DNA of 64,000 nucleotides. Source: the human T2T-CHM13v2.0 reference genome, Homo sapiens. The DNA is taken from assembly GCF_009914755.1 (NCBI RefSeq), contig NC_060933.1. One strand, written 5' to 3'. The position numbers and the translations under genes are program-made. This document shows, piece after piece, positions 24,355 through 38,744 of the stretch. The first letter of the stretch is position 1; each line of letters opens with the position of its first letter. Below the pieces are notes generated by a model. That model did no database searches, had not been told where the DNA came from, and was given only the letters and a program-made list of their open reading frames with translations.

Positions 24355-25959
24355 CTCTAGCACTTACGGTATTCTCGTCTCTTTAAACCATGACAGAGAA
24401 CCTTAATAATAACAGCTTTCTTTGTCTTTGTTTTTGAGTGTCAAATGTGTGCCAAGCTGCTGCTGCAGACTTGCTCTCTTTTGACAGCTCACAACATACA
24501 GCTGGAAAAGAAACAAAATCCCCATTTTACAGATGCAGAAAGAAGGCCCGGGGAGGGTAAGTTCTTGCCCATGGTGACAAGAGAGCAGGTGATGTTCTTT
24601 CTGATCTCTAGCTCTGCTCTTTCCACTGCTCCCAAACATCTTCAGGCCAGACCAGTAGTGAAGGGCAGAGATTTTATCCCCAGGGGGTGAGAAGCTACTC
24701 ATCTCAGGATTTAATCCAGCTCAGATGGCCCTGAGCTAGTTGATGAGATAACATAGGCCTGTGGGGGCTTTATAGGTGAGTCAGGGAGTGGCCAGTCTTG
24801 GGATGGGGACGGGGTCTTTGGAAGATGCATCAGCAGGGGAGGACAAAAGCTAGAGGTGCTTTGTGGGCAAAGTGATGCACCTAATGATGGATTTCAGCAA
24901 CTCAGCAGGAGCAAGAGAGAAAGGGAGCGGTGGAATCTACAACACACCCAGCTCATTGCACAGATCACAGAAGGTGGCTGTGAAAGCCTTTCTGCCATAA
25001 GGGGTGTAGAGCTGCACTCTCCATTTGTGAGCCCTGCCATGGACAAGGTACAGCTCACATATGTGCAGTGCCTCAGCTAGGTTTTCATTTCCGGGTTGTT
25101 AAATGTTTGGCCAAGCACCCAGGATGTCCTAGAGGAATTCAGAAGAGTCACAGACCCATGTGATGTTAGAGCTAGGCAGGACCTCAGAGACCCCCACTGT
25201 AGCTTGCTTGTTTTACTGATGGGAGCCCTAAACCCCAGAAAGGGAAAGAGACTTATCCTGAGTCATACAAGCAGAGCCAGTTCTTAAACTACGTCACTTT
25301 GCAATTCACACTTTCCACTCATCCTCCCTTGTGGGGCAACATGTCACCCCTGTACCAACCTTGGAAGACACAAAATGCATGTGAGGGCATTGACTGGGAA
25401 CAGAGACAAATGATTCACAGCAGTTGAAATAATGAGCACTTACTACATGCCAGCCACTGAGATGAGCACGTTAGATTGATTGCTTCATTTAAGCCCCATG
25501 GCATCTGGCATTATTGCCCCATTTTACAGATGGGGAAGCTGGTGTAAACTGGTTTGCCCTGTTTTATACAACCAGACATGGTGGAACTGACACTCTTGTT
25601 TTTAAGTCAGCATGCCTCCAAAGCTTAGCCATCTAGCTCCTGCACTCACTGCCTGGTTTTGTCTTGCTCGGATGCCACTACATTTCTTTCCGCTATTATT
25701 TTGTTTATTTTCATGTCTTCTAAGGAGAAGAAGTCTACTGCTTCTCCCTCTTCCTTCCTCTTCTCTTCTTTCCCTTCATCCCACTGGGGTACAACAGCTT
25801 ACAGTCAAGAGACATGGTTCTGACATTGGCAACCTTTGTGACTTGGGCACATTGCCTCCCCTTTCTGGCTGCTGTCAGTTCCAAAATGTACTGTTGGTTG
25901 GGTTGATTCTAAACTTCTCTTAGAGACAGTACAGCAAAGTGAGTAAGAACCTCATCTGA

Positions 25960-26190
25960 CGATTACAGAGCTCAGTATGTGTTAGGCTTTAAATGCTTTA
26001 TATAATTGGACTCACATGATCCTCATGATCACTCTCTCAGGTAGTAGACTCCATGCCCATTTAGCAGTCAGGGAACTTGAGGCATAGAGAAGTTAAAGAG
26101 CATCCCCAAATCTACCCAGCTGGGAAGTTGCCAAGCTTGCATTTGAATTCAGGCAGTTTGACTTACACCCAGGCTCTTAACCATGACACT
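25960..26190 (-). mobile_element. MIR
   Basis: cccatttagcagtcagggaacttgaggcatagagaagttaaag...tttgaattcaggcagtttgac. Confidence 0.7.
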
Positions 26191-29053
26191 AGCATCATTT
26201 GAAAACTCACTTTTTCACTTTCTAACAGAGTCAGTTTCCAAGTCTGCAAAAATAATATAATTTCTACTCTACTGTATTGTTCAAGTGATTTTTAAAGCAC
26301 TGGGCATGTTATAGGTGTTTGATAATATTATTATATGCCTTCAGCTCTCCGTGGATCTGTGTAGCTAAAGCAGCAGGGGAGTTAGAGCTCAATATGCGCT
26401 TGTAAAAACAGATGCACAGGCACAGAGAGGCAAACTGTTTTGCTGAGAGATTTTCAGCCCTCTTATAAGAGATTTCACCTTAGCATGAAGAATTGTACAA
26501 CTGGAGTCAAACATACCCAGTCAGTTCCCTGACAACACCTAGAAAAAGTACCCTCTGGTCTTCCCAGGTTGGAGCTTCAGTGATGCCAGATCTTCTCTGG
26601 TCAAACCAGACTCAGTCAGCAATAATTGACTATGAATTTCTGCACCAGGTGGTAGGCAATTTCTGAATGCACTAGCATCTAGTCTTAAAGAAGGATTTAA
26701 AAATCCAAAGAGGCTCCAGAAAGTCTGCATGCAGAGGGCACAGCAAGGGCAAAGATGTGGAGGTGGGAAAGCAAGAAAAGTTTGCAGGAGAAACAAAGTG
26801 ATTCACTTGTCTAGCAGGAAGGATACATACATAGCAAGAGATGGAGCTAGAAATGTCATCTGGATTCCATTGTAGAAGCCCTGAAGTGCCAACCTACCAG
26901 TATGCCTTGTTCTGAAGGCTAAAGTGTCTTAGCAAAAGGATGCTATATATTTTTAAAAGCAAATTTTGCAACACAAAGTGCCAGATGAACTGGGCAGGAG
27001 AGAGATAAACCAATGATAACAAAACCAGTGCTTTATGCTCCCACCTTTCATTCATGGTGGGGCCTCCCCAGTGTGAAACTCCATGAGCAGACTCCGGCTA
27101 CTTCTAATACATTCTCTGTTACAAACCAAGCTCTCCAGCCAGCCCTGGCCCAAGTAGTGCTGAGGTCTGCAGCCCTTTAGGGGCTGGAAGCCAAATGCAT
27201 CACAGGCCCAGGCCAAGGCTCCAGGAAATTGGGGTCAATTTCCTACTCCCCAGAGGGCCCAGGAGAATCATGGGGCCTAGAGCCTGGGGCTCTGAGAAGG
27301 AGAGTCTGGGCTCTGGGCTCTTTGAAGCCACATGAAGCTGCGTAAGTTTGCCACGAGCCCCTACAGAACCTCTGGGAGTGAACTCTGCAAGCCGCCTTGC
27401 AGCTGCATGCTCAGGATGGGCCACCCTTCTCCCAAGGCCAGAGAGGTTTCCATTGCAATTGTACCCTCCTTTTGCCGGCACAGGAGAGGCCTGGAAAGGG
27501 GCCCCTTTCTCTTCTGAATCTTGTCTATCTGCAGCTGTTTTCTCACATAGGGGAGCCTCAGCCTACATCAGTTCTTTTAAGGAGTTTATTCATTTTCTCA
27601 TACATTCATTCATAATTTATTCCCTCATTCATTCTTTTCTTCATTTACTCACTTGTGCATTTATTTCCTCATCTGTGTGTTCATTTATTTTCTTATTTCT
27701 TAAAGAAATACATTCTATCACTCTCCACCAATTCACCCCATCTTTTCGTAAACAAACAATTCTTGAATGAGCAAAAATATCTATTAAGTGATGAATGAAT
27801 GCACTGAGTGGCCTGGACCTTTTAGGCATTGTGGAAAACCCTGAGGATACAAGGTTGAATAGGGCACCAGCCTGGGCCTTGAGGAGCTCATTGTCTGGTT
27901 GCAAAACAGATGATAAACAAATAGGTAATGTCCTGTCAGAGACATTCAGGTAGTGCCCCATGCAGAATTGAGATGGCAGGAGAGCAGGATGGGTTGTGCC
28001 AGATAAGGTATTTGCAAGGTAGACAAGGGTGGGTAGGAAACAATAGCAGACAGAAGGAGCAGTGAGCATGAAAGCACAACATACGATGCCTTCACAAATG
28101 CAGGCAATTTAAACTGAAGTTCAAGGTTGGTGGTGGTGCTCTGGAGAGCAAGAAACTGGAGAATTAGGCAGAATTAAGGCTGGGAGGGCTCTGGAGCCAG
28201 CACAGGAGTTTGCATGGAAGCTGAAGGTCACAGGAAGCCATTGCATAAATTTTTGCATTGGTGGAGCACAGCCAGCTCCTCTGGCCTCATGTCAAGTTTC
28301 TCATCTTATTATAAGCCTGAAAGGGGTAGAGAATATATAGCTTGTTCTTAGATCCTTCACAATATGGGCCCCCTGCACAGAAACCACCTGTGATTCTCCA
28401 TTTCTGTTCGGTAAAGTCTAAACTACTTAAGTTGGCATTTAAGGCTCCACGCTTTATCTGTGTTACCAGCTCATCTTCCCCTGCTTCATGCCTTGAGTCA
28501 TAGAATTAGAACCACAACAGGCTCTCCAGCACACACGATATTTTTCATCATTTGCACACGCCCTTCCATCTTCCAGGAATATCTTCTGTTCCTTTTCTGC
28601 CTGCAATTCCATGCATCCTTGAAAACCCTTTTCCATATATCATCTCCTCTAAGAGGCCTTCCCTGATTGTCCCCTCATAACCAGTTACTCTTCCTTGTGT
28701 ACTCACAGCACTGGTGTGATATTTGCCCTGCCTCACTGAACACAGTCACACTGACATGGCTGGTGGATCACATGACTGCCATTCCCACTAGATCGCAGAG
28801 GCAGGCACTGGCTCTCTTCACTTCTGCACCCCACAGAGCTGGGCACAGATTGGACACTAACGAATCTTACTTGAATTAGCTTTCTGAAATTCGGAGGTTG
28901 GAAGGGGACGTCAAGAAGGGATTATGTCTTCAAGCTGCATTTGCCTAATGCTTTGCAGAAGATTGAGAAACTATAATTCCCTATTTTAAAGAATTGGGAG
29001 GAAAGCACAGATATATAAGTATCCCCATATCACCCTCTTCATGCCATTATTGT

Positions 29054-29093
29054 TGGAATGGAATGAAATGGAATAGAATGGAATGGAATGAAA
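29054..29093 (+). repeat. (GGAAT)n pentamer repeat, ~7 units
   Basis: tggaatggaatgaaatggaatagaatggaatggaatgaaa. Confidence 0.9.
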
Positions 29094-29633
29094 GAAAGAG
29101 AAGATGAGAAAAGGAAAAGAAATGTCTTGGAAGAAAAAGCTTCTCAGCTAGACCCAGATTATTATTTATGACAGAGCCCTGACATAGGATACTTTCTCAC
29201 TATTTAAGAGGAAGTAAACTTTAGTGTTCCTCATTAACCCATGCTGCTACTCTCTGTGTCATTCAAGGAGCTGATGGGCTCCTACCCTCTCAATTTAAAA
29301 AAAAAAAACTCCCACACACAAATCAAAACTATAATTGGCTCTGATTGAAATTTCTGAAAGACTACTAAGCTCGGACTTGGGAGTTTGGCATTCTGGAAAG
29401 CCTTGAACAAGTTTCTTCCTGGTCTGAGTCCTCAGTTTCCCCATATGTAAAATGGAGACACTAACAATACCCCTCTTTCAGGGTGGTTGAGTTTCAACCA
29501 TTGTTAAGAAATTGTTTTGGAACACTTCAGAGCTCTGGAGAGATGAAAAATTCTTTTCTGTTGTATTCAGAATAGCTTATTCAATTGGGGCTGGTGTCTC
29601 TCTTGGTCCTAACTCTGTTTCTCTGTTGTTCAG

Positions 29634-29781
29634 GGACTTGGGAGCAATGTCATTCATTGCCGGAAAGATGGCACCTGGAACGGCTCCTTCCATGTCTGCC
29701 AGGAGATGCAAGGCCAGTGCTCGGTTCCAAACGAGCTCAACAGCAACCTCAAACTGCAGTGCCCTGATGGCTATGCCATAG
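29634..29781 (+). CDS. PAPPA: PAPPA exon 18 (GLGSNVIHC...PDGYAIG; CCP4/CCP5)
   Basis: CTAAC branch point near 29609, ctctgttgttcAG acceptor; TAG|GTATGA donor; 148 nt, phase 0 to 1. This frame is not in the ORF track; I translated it by hand. Confidence 0.96.
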
Positions 29782-31399
29782 GTATGATGGGCCCGAGAGG
29801 GGAGCAGTAGGAGGGGCAATTCCTTCCAGCAATGCAGGGCTAATGCCTGGGTGGGTCATTGAACACCCTGGCCACATGAGTTCCTGCGTAGGCACTACAG
29901 AAAGAGAGATGAATTAGTGTAGACCATGTCCTCCCAGAAAGAGGGTCAGGGACAGGGATATGGTGACACAATGGTGGGTGAGTGTGCACAGTTACAACAG
30001 AATACAGAAAAGCTGTCAGGTGCCTGGTGGGGACACAGAAGACTCCCACAGGAAGGGATGCTTACTTGGGGATTTGAAAAAGCTTGTCGGGGAAGAAATG
30101 CTATTGCAGGCAGAAGAAACTCTGTGGCTGAGGAGCAGGAGTTATGAAAGCACACATCACATTTAGGGAAGCAATAGCAGTCTGGTGCAGCTTCTTTTAT
30201 TATTAATCTTGAAATTTGCATCATACTAAACATTCATGAGTACCTGATATAGTTCAGGCCCTTCATCAAGCACTTGAAAGGCATTATATCTTATCCTCAC
30301 AATAACCTTTAACAGATGAGGGAATCAAAACTTGAGGGGATAATGGAACATGCTCCCAAATCCTGAGACCCATCCTATTCCAAAGTCTGACTTCTTTCCA
30401 TGGCATCTCAGCTGCATCCAAGATGAGCATAAACTGCATTTTCAAAATACTCTTTGCATGGTGACAGGCCAGCTCGAGAAATACACACAGTGAGAAGAGA
30501 CAAGCTGGGATTGTATGCCAGGGATTTGCCTCGTTGAAACCAGGTGTCTGGACACATGCATTAATCACCAGCACCACAGCTTTCCGGGGTACTCAGAGTG
30601 CATGGAGTGTGACCTCATTTAAGGGCAGTGATGCTGACCTTTTGGGCTGATTCCCTAATTGACCATGATGAAAAGCCTAGGGAACTGAACATCCTTTCTC
30701 CTGGCCAATATGATTTATAGAGCAATCACCAGGGGTGTCTGGTGTAGAAGGTTATCTGAATGTGCATAGAGCCAACATGATCTTCATCCAGCAAACAGAG
30801 AGTTATCACTGCATGTCCAGAAGCAAGGCCTGTGTGGTTGGAGAGGGAAGGTTCATGGGGACTCTCCATCCTTTTTTGAAGATGAAAACACATGCCCTCA
30901 GATAGCAGAAGTTCTTCACTGTAACTTACAGTGGGAATCAGCACTCTTGTGTTTAGCCCAGGACACTGGCTCCTGCATGGGTCAGAAAACACCAAAACAC
31001 ATGATTGCTCTCGCTGATGGTTTGGAAGGTACTTTAAGATCTTATACAGCCACCAATTCATGAGATGCTGACCAGGAGTGTTGCAGAGAGATGGGATCTT
31101 ATAGGACCTGCTAATATAGGCATTCTAGAAGGTTGGGCAACAAGTATTGCCATGGTGAGCAGCATGGGCTGCACCATCCCAAGGCCAACACTTTCTCCTT
31201 TCCATCATTCCTGATAGGTGTGCGTGGTCCTGAACAAGTATGTCTGTGATGGGGTCCCAACCTCCAGCTCAATCAGAATATGCAAGTGAATATTCATTCA
31301 TACTCTTAACTGGCATTGAGTGGCTCTGTGAGAAAAAGCCTAATTAAGTGACCTTTAGGGAAAACCTACAGAAACAAATTTGCTGCATATCTATACCCA

Positions 31400-31720
31400 C
31401 TGACACATTCAAATACATTCACACGTGCATACATAAACGCATGCCACATGCTGAAATGCTTCATAAACAAACAGCCCCAAACACACACATCATATAGTAA
31501 GCTCATGCCTAACACCTACACATCAGCCAAATACCACACAAATGCATCACTCTCACAAACACATACACACACAGGTAGCACATAAACCTATACACAGCAC
31601 TCACATGCAATACATACAAATCTCATACTTCAACAAACACAAACACATTTTATGTCCCAAAACATATCAAACACACAGAAAGACGCACAAAAGGCAAACA
31701 AACCTCACAGACGCATTTAC
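31400..31720 (+). repeat. Degenerate CA-rich low-complexity tract
   Basis: Direct read. Confidence 0.8.
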
Positions 31721-34686
31721 ATATTTTATTCAGATGTCTCAACTGTACGCAAATGAGTACGATACCTGGCTGTCTTCTCTCCATCAGAACAGTGGAGAAA
31801 GAGGGGAAGGGGTGGGAGGGTGGTATTTCTTTACCCACTGAGTGTTTTCATGGTCAAAGCAGAAAGGGAAAGAAATCTATATGATATTGCAGCCTGAATT
31901 AACTCCTTTCCTGTACCCCAAGTCCCCACGGCTGGCACCCAGATGTCCATCTTATAAATGTGATAATCCAGGGCAGATGATGAGTGCATAGGGACACTGG
32001 AGGAGATCAGAGAGAAAAAGCCACATAGGGAGACAGGAAGACTGAGGGTGAGAATGAGAAACAAGGCAGGAGAGCAGTTTTTGCTCATCCACTCCTCAGC
32101 CCCAGCTGTATCCTCGCTTTCCTCCAAATGCGCCTGACTTCCACCTCCCAGGCTGAGCCCTTCCCTGAGGAGAATCCACTTTGCCAAGGAGAGGGATTTG
32201 ATCACTGGCCTTATAAGCAGGGGTGAGATATGTGTCGGGCTTGGGGGCTGGAGGGCACATTCTGGAGTCACCCAGACCAGCTCCCCCTGCGTGCCTCCCC
32301 CAGGCCACCTGGGGAGGCTTCTGTGGCAGTTATGAGCCCTCAGAAAGTTGCTGCTGCTGCCACCAGGGCTGCCACCCTCCCCGCGCCTCCCGGGAAGGAG
32401 ACGCGGAGGCCTGGTGAGATCACCACTCTGTAAGGATGCCAATAATGGCTCATATATCACAACACAGCAGCCTGGTCCTAAAGCCCCAGAGCTGGGGTAG
32501 GGGAGGAGAGCCTGGGGGAGGGAGACGCGGAGAAAGAGAAATTAAGACATGACCGCTGCATAGGACAGCAAGTGTCTCCTGTTTTGACCACCGTTTTTTT
32601 TTTTTTTTCCTCTCTTGGGATAAGATAGCCTTTGTCTATTTCTCAGAGGCTGCATTTTTTTTTTTCAAAAGGATTTTATTATCACAGCCTTGTCTCATCT
32701 TTGCTCCCTAAAAACTCCTTTAGAACTGGTCTCATGATAAAGCACACTCCATAAGCAGTTTCTCTGACTGCTTAGGGATTTTTGCTCCTTATTCTCATCA
32801 CTCATCATTTTTGTCTGTGTTATCCCCATTTCTTGTCTCTCCTCTGGCCTCTCACCATCTCTCCTGTTTCGATGGCTGCCTCCTTCTCTCCTCTCTCTGT
32901 GTGGCTGCACTGTTATCGATTGTGGGGCCTGGAATTAGAGATGTGGCTCTCTCCTCACCAGCTTTGTGCCCTGAGCTTTGTGCCTTTTGGCTCTCCAACC
33001 TGTGAAATGGGTGTCATGTACATATGTATATTTGGAAGGGGGCCTCTGAAATAGCTAATACATACATATGTATATTTGGAAGGGGGGACTTTAAAATAGC
33101 TAATAGAATAGGATATTTAAAGAAAAGAGTTGACTTGCTCCTAGTGTTTGGAGGGTGGTTTCGATACTAAGAGAAATGGCCTCTTTCAGGCCTAGTCAGA
33201 TTCTGACAGGTTGTTTCTTTGCCCACATGAATAAATGCCTCTTTGGGGTACTGAGTACTTTCCATGGACTAGGCTTGATTTTTCAGATGACCTCAGGATG
33301 TGTGAGGTCAGGGTAGAGAATGAATGAGCTGAATTACAGTCAACTTGCCAACCCACAGCCTGGAAGTCAACTGTCTTCACCCAAAAGTTCCTGGACCAAG
33401 GGCTTCTATGTAGTAGCCCTATCTCTATTAGTCATTTACCCCTTCTTTGACTCATTACCTGATTTTTTTTATTCCTTTATCCATTTAATCCATAACTCAC
33501 TCATTCACTTATCCATTTATGTACTTACTTCTTCCTTCATACGACACCTAAATGCATATTCATCAGTCAGTCATCATGCCATTCATTTATCCATTAATCC
33601 ACTCATTTCCTGATCCATTGATGTACTTATTCACTCACTGTCTCTTGCACTCATTTTACAAATACTTATTGGGTGCCTATAATCTGCCATGCACAGTGCC
33701 AAGCTCTGGACATAGAATGGGGAGCATGGGTAGTGCTGGCCCTATAGAGTTACAGTCCAGCAGGGAAGAGAGCTATTGATATCACACTCACCAAGCAAAC
33801 AGGAAATGATCATGTGACAATTCTGTCATGGGCACCTAGGAGGGGCTTGGCCTGTCAGGAAACCATGAAGGTCTTCTCTGAGCAAGTGGCTTGGGATTGA
33901 GGTCTGTAAGATCATTAAAAATGCACTTGTTGGAGTGGGAAGGGTCTTTAAGGCACAGGGAAAGGCAGGGATGAAACCCTGGGGCAAGAGAAGCTGGTAT
34001 TGCATTTATGTGCTCATCACTCACTCGGCCAGTGCTCACTGAGCTCTACCTGGGTGTCACACGCTGGGTTAAACTCCGAGATGAATCAAGCACATCTGAT
34101 GATGGAGTACTCTCACTCAGTTGTGGAATTCAGGGCAAACTTCTTAGAAGAATTGAACTGGCCCTTGAATAATGGATAGAATTCGGTTATGGGAAGGCAG
34201 ATTGGGGGACATTTCAGGAGATGGGATGAACAAGAGAAGAAGCACAGAGGATGAGAATTGTGGGACTCAGATGGAAAACCAAGTGTAGTTCAGTCCGGTT
34301 GAACCAACCAAAGAGTGAAGGTGGTTAGTGAGAGAGGAGATTGACCAGACCGCAGGAGGCACTGAGTGCCCAGCAAAGGGGGCTGTATTTTGTTCTGGAT
34401 GTGGGGAGCCTTGGAAAGGTGTTTGAGCAGAGGAGGAGCTTGATCAAACTAGGATCAGAGCCAATGAGTGTGGCAGCAGGAACCAGTCAGATGGGAGGCA
34501 TGTGAATGGAGTCAGGGAGAACAGAGGTGGCCCTGCCTGGCTTGCCTTCTCCTTCCCACTGCCTTCAGGTTGGGTAGCTGAGTCCACCGGGGACCAGGGA
34601 GTGGGAGGGCCCACTCTGCAGGAGGGCAGTTTGCAGATGTTGAGGGTCTCGGGCCTGAGCTGCGCCTCATGCTGTACTTCCCTCAG

Positions 34687-34796
34687 GGTCGGAGTGTGCC
34701 ACCTCGTGCCTGGACCACAACAGCGAGTCCATCATCCTGCCAATGAACGTGACCGTGCGTGACATCCCCCACTGGCTGAACCCCACACGGGTAGAG
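34687..34796 (+). CDS. PAPPA: PAPPA exon 19 (SECATSCLDHN...LNPTRVE; CCP5)
   Basis: cttccctcAG acceptor; GAG|GTGAGT donor; 110 nt, phase 1 to 0. Confidence 0.96.
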
Positions 34797-37522
34797 GTGA
34801 GTGACCAGGGACATCTACCCACCTGCAGCTAAGGGGGAGGGAAATGATATTGTTGAGCACTTGCTATGTCCCGGTTCTGAGTTCATTCTTTCACACATAT
34901 TACCTCATTTAATCATCACACCTGCCCTGTGGGTGTGTGTTGCAGGGAGGTGGGGTAGAGTCGGGAGGAGACTTATTCACAATCATTTCTCTAGTCCTTA
35001 ATTATTTAATACTTTCTCTCTGTCAGGTCCTATGTGAAGGGCCTTTTATTTACTGTCCACTAAATGCTGATGTCAGCCTAGGAATAAACTGAGGCACCAA
35101 TAACAGAGGTAGGGAGCATAGAGCCAGGTTTCAGACCTGAGTCTGTCTGGCTGGAAAGTCCATACTCATAAGGATGGTGTTGTATGGCTTCTCTGGTGCC
35201 CTCCCATGTAGCCTTCCACTTTACATAGCCTAGGTTTCTGGTATCCTTCTCCAAGCTTTACCTGTTTTGGGGAAAGCAATTAATAGGTGTCTAGCAAACT
35301 AGTAACATCGGTTGTTTGTGGAGAACCTGCCACGTTCATGTGTCCGGTGCTTAGCACGAAGACTCCATTTTAGCCTCAGCACAGTTGTATGAGAGAAGGG
35401 TCATTGTCTGCATTTTCCAGTTGTGGACACTGAAATCTCGGAAGTGAGGTGATGGGCCCTGAACCAAGGCTTGAACCCAAACCTGAGTCTGAGCCCTGTG
35501 TGCTTCCCACAGTGCCAGGCCGGTGTGCCCCCAGCCAGATGACTACAGAGGCCCCCTCCTCAGGGCAGTGTCAGTTTGACTTCAAGGTTGGCTGTTCCCA
35601 CTCGCCTTTGTGTCACCCAATCAACTGGGGCCCCCAGAGCTGATGTGGGCCCTGCTTTTCTCCCCCAGGACATCGCAGGTCCCAGGCCTTATGTGTCACT
35701 CTGGGCACTGGCTCTTCACCCTGGAGAAACCGAAAGAAGGAGGCCGGGGTTGCGGGGTGGGCGAGGTTCAGCTCTGTGTCTCTCCAACCAGCCTACTGCC
35801 TGGGGTGCTGAGAGGCCATGGAGCCCAGGGAGCTACTGTCTGCCTGCCTGCTGCAGATCACACTCTGGATAGCTGGGCAGAACCTGATACTGGGTGTACT
35901 GTTTCTCAAATGCGCTGAGGGCACGATTGCCAGGGCTTACTCAGCACTCCGAGTGTATAGACCTGGCCAGACCTCCTCCACTCCTCTGTGCGCCCCGGCA
36001 TGCTCCTCCACTCCTTTCTGCTTCCTCTTTCTCTTTTGCTGTCTCTTTTTCTGTCTTCATCTTACTCTCACTAATTTTTTTCCTATCTCTGTTTTTCCAC
36101 TCTGTTTCTCTCTCCTCCCTCTTCTGATATACCTTTCCTCTTGTTCTGTCTTCCTCTCTCCCACACTCTCCTTTCCATCATCCACTGTTTCTCTCTCTCT
36201 CTCTCTGCCTCTGACTCTCTGCATATCTACAAGACAGCCCTATTTCCCAAACCTCAAGCTCTTTCATCTGTTTCCTCCACCATTCCTGAACCAGAATTCC
36301 TGCACAGATTCCCCCGAGTGCCCCAGTGCACCCTGATATGCTCATATACCCAGGCATGCAGGGAGCCCACATGTCAGAATCTCAAGGCAGCTAGAGATAA
36401 TCAAGGACAGGTTCCTCATTGTACAGATAGGGAAACTGAGGCCTATAGAGGAAGGCGGCTGGTCCACACAGGCAGCACAACTGGAACGACAAGCTGGACT
36501 TGTGATTGGCAGCTCTTCCAATACTACCAGCTCTCCTTCCTTTTCCCACCCGAACTCCCACATACCCGAAAGCAGGTGAGTTTGACTCACACACAAAACA
36601 GACACAGGAGACCTCCCTCTCACCCCAGTATCAGAGATCTTCTTGGCCTGGACCAGCCTCCCACTTAAGACCTTTTTCCTACCCCCTGGGCAAATTCCCA
36701 CCCTTCCCTCTGTGGGCCCTGGGCACTAAAGAGTTCAGTTATGATTCACTGTGAAATAAATCCAGGGATTTGAAAGCCTGCAAGCTGCCCCCCCTCCCCA
36801 CCATTGCCCACCCGCTGCCTGCCTGCCCCATCCCCCAACCCAGTTCCCTGGTCTGCCTGCCTTTATTGATGCTGGCCTACCGAGAGAACCATAATGAGGT
36901 TCAGACCTCCACTGGTCTCTGGAGGCCTCATTATCCAGGAGGAAAAAAATGTGGTAGAAAAAGGGAGGAGGGCGAAGGGCAGAGATTGATGATTTCCAGG
37001 AATAAGGCAGAAAAGCTGGCCTCTGCTGCACCCTTGCCCCTTGTGCGGTGAGAGCTACAGAAATAGAGCTGCTGGTGCCAGCATTTCCAGGCCAGAGGAG
37101 GCCCTGGATAGCTCCTCTGCTTTCTGAGGGTCTGCCTGCGAGCACCAGTGCAATTTAGATAGCTGGGGGTGAGGCTCTGCTCCAGCTGCTGCCACTTTTA
37201 TCCCCGGGGTAAGAGAGTGAGAGGCAAGAACTGGCATTTATTGGGCACTTGCTGTGATCAGGCACTGGGTCAGGCACTTCCTATCCTTTATTTCCACCTC
37301 CACCCCCTACCACACACGTACGACCACACACATATGTCCCTATCAGGTGGGTATTAGTCTCTTCCTGCTTCCAGTGGAAGTAATGGAATCTCAGAGGTGG
37401 AAGCCACTTGCCTAAGAGAAGGTGAAGAGAGACCCAGGCCAGTCTGATAGTTTACTTCAGCTATCCCTGCAGCCTCTATGAAATGTAGAGTAATAAAGGC
37501 AATACATTTAGTGATGGCTTAC

Positions 37523-37729
37523 CAGGGATGTGCTGGCAAATAGTTAACAACTGGCTCTCCACAAACATTAGACTCTGCTTTGTAGCATTTCCCAATTTCT
37601 GTGATATAAATATTCCTACCGTGGCAGATTTCAAGGTTTCCAGGTTGCTGTCACTGAGCACAAAGTTGGGAAGATCCAGGCACTGCTGGCTCTTGCGAGC
37701 CTATGCAAGCCAGCTGTGGTCCACCACCG
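37523..37729 (-). mobile_element. MER63A-like hAT DNA transposon
   Basis: cagggatgtgctggcaaatagttaacaactggctctc...tggctcttgcgagcc...caccaccg; terminal inverted ends like MER63. Confidence 0.75.
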
Positions 37730-38079
37730 ACACTTAGCCAAGACAGACTCTATTTTAAGTCCTTTGCATATATTGACATGAATGAAGAGAAAGATGACTG
37801 CTTAGATGAGTGGAATGTCAACACTGAGATCACAGGTCATGATGTGGACACCAGGACAGTGAGCTTTGTGAAGGCAGGACCACGGTCATATTAGTTACCA
37901 TAGTACCTCCCTTGGTGCCTAGCACACAGCAGGTACTTGCTAAATATTTATGATTGCTGAGTCAGATGACCCAGGTTCTAGTGTAAGCTCTGGTGCCTTC
38001 CTGCTGTATGTCCTGGAGCAAATCCTGTCACTTCTCTAGGCCACAGTTTACCCAGTTGTGAAGTGAGAGCTAGGCTTCA

Positions 38080-38499
<420 letters not shown>

Positions 38500-38626
38500 T
38501 TAGTAGTAGTAGTATTTACTGTAAATATTTTGGAAAGAAAGACTTGCAGAAAAATATAACACCCATACACATACTACCCAACTTAATAAATAAAAACTTT
38601 ACAGATACTGTTGAAGTTCTTTTCTA

Positions 38627-38743
38627 CTTTTCTTTTTTTCAATTTTTTATTTTTATTTTTTTTTAGTGGAGATGAGGTCTCACTGTGTTGCCCAGGCTGG
38701 TTTTGAACTCCTGTCCTCAAGTGATCCTTCTGCCTCAGCCTCC
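38627..38743 (-). mobile_element. FLAM/Alu monomer fragment
   Basis: T-rich tail + gagatgaggtctcactgtgttgcccaggctgg...tgcctcagcctcc. Confidence 0.85.
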
Positions 38744-38744
38744 T

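Noticed and set aside
29054-29093. Satellite III-like (GGAAT)n as a centromeric or heat-shock element
   Set aside because: Only ~7 units; an ordinary microsatellite.
31831-32460. Longest ORF in the window (209 aa, - strand)
   Set aside because: No recognisable domain; expected by chance in a GC-rich patch; no supporting splice or polyA structure.
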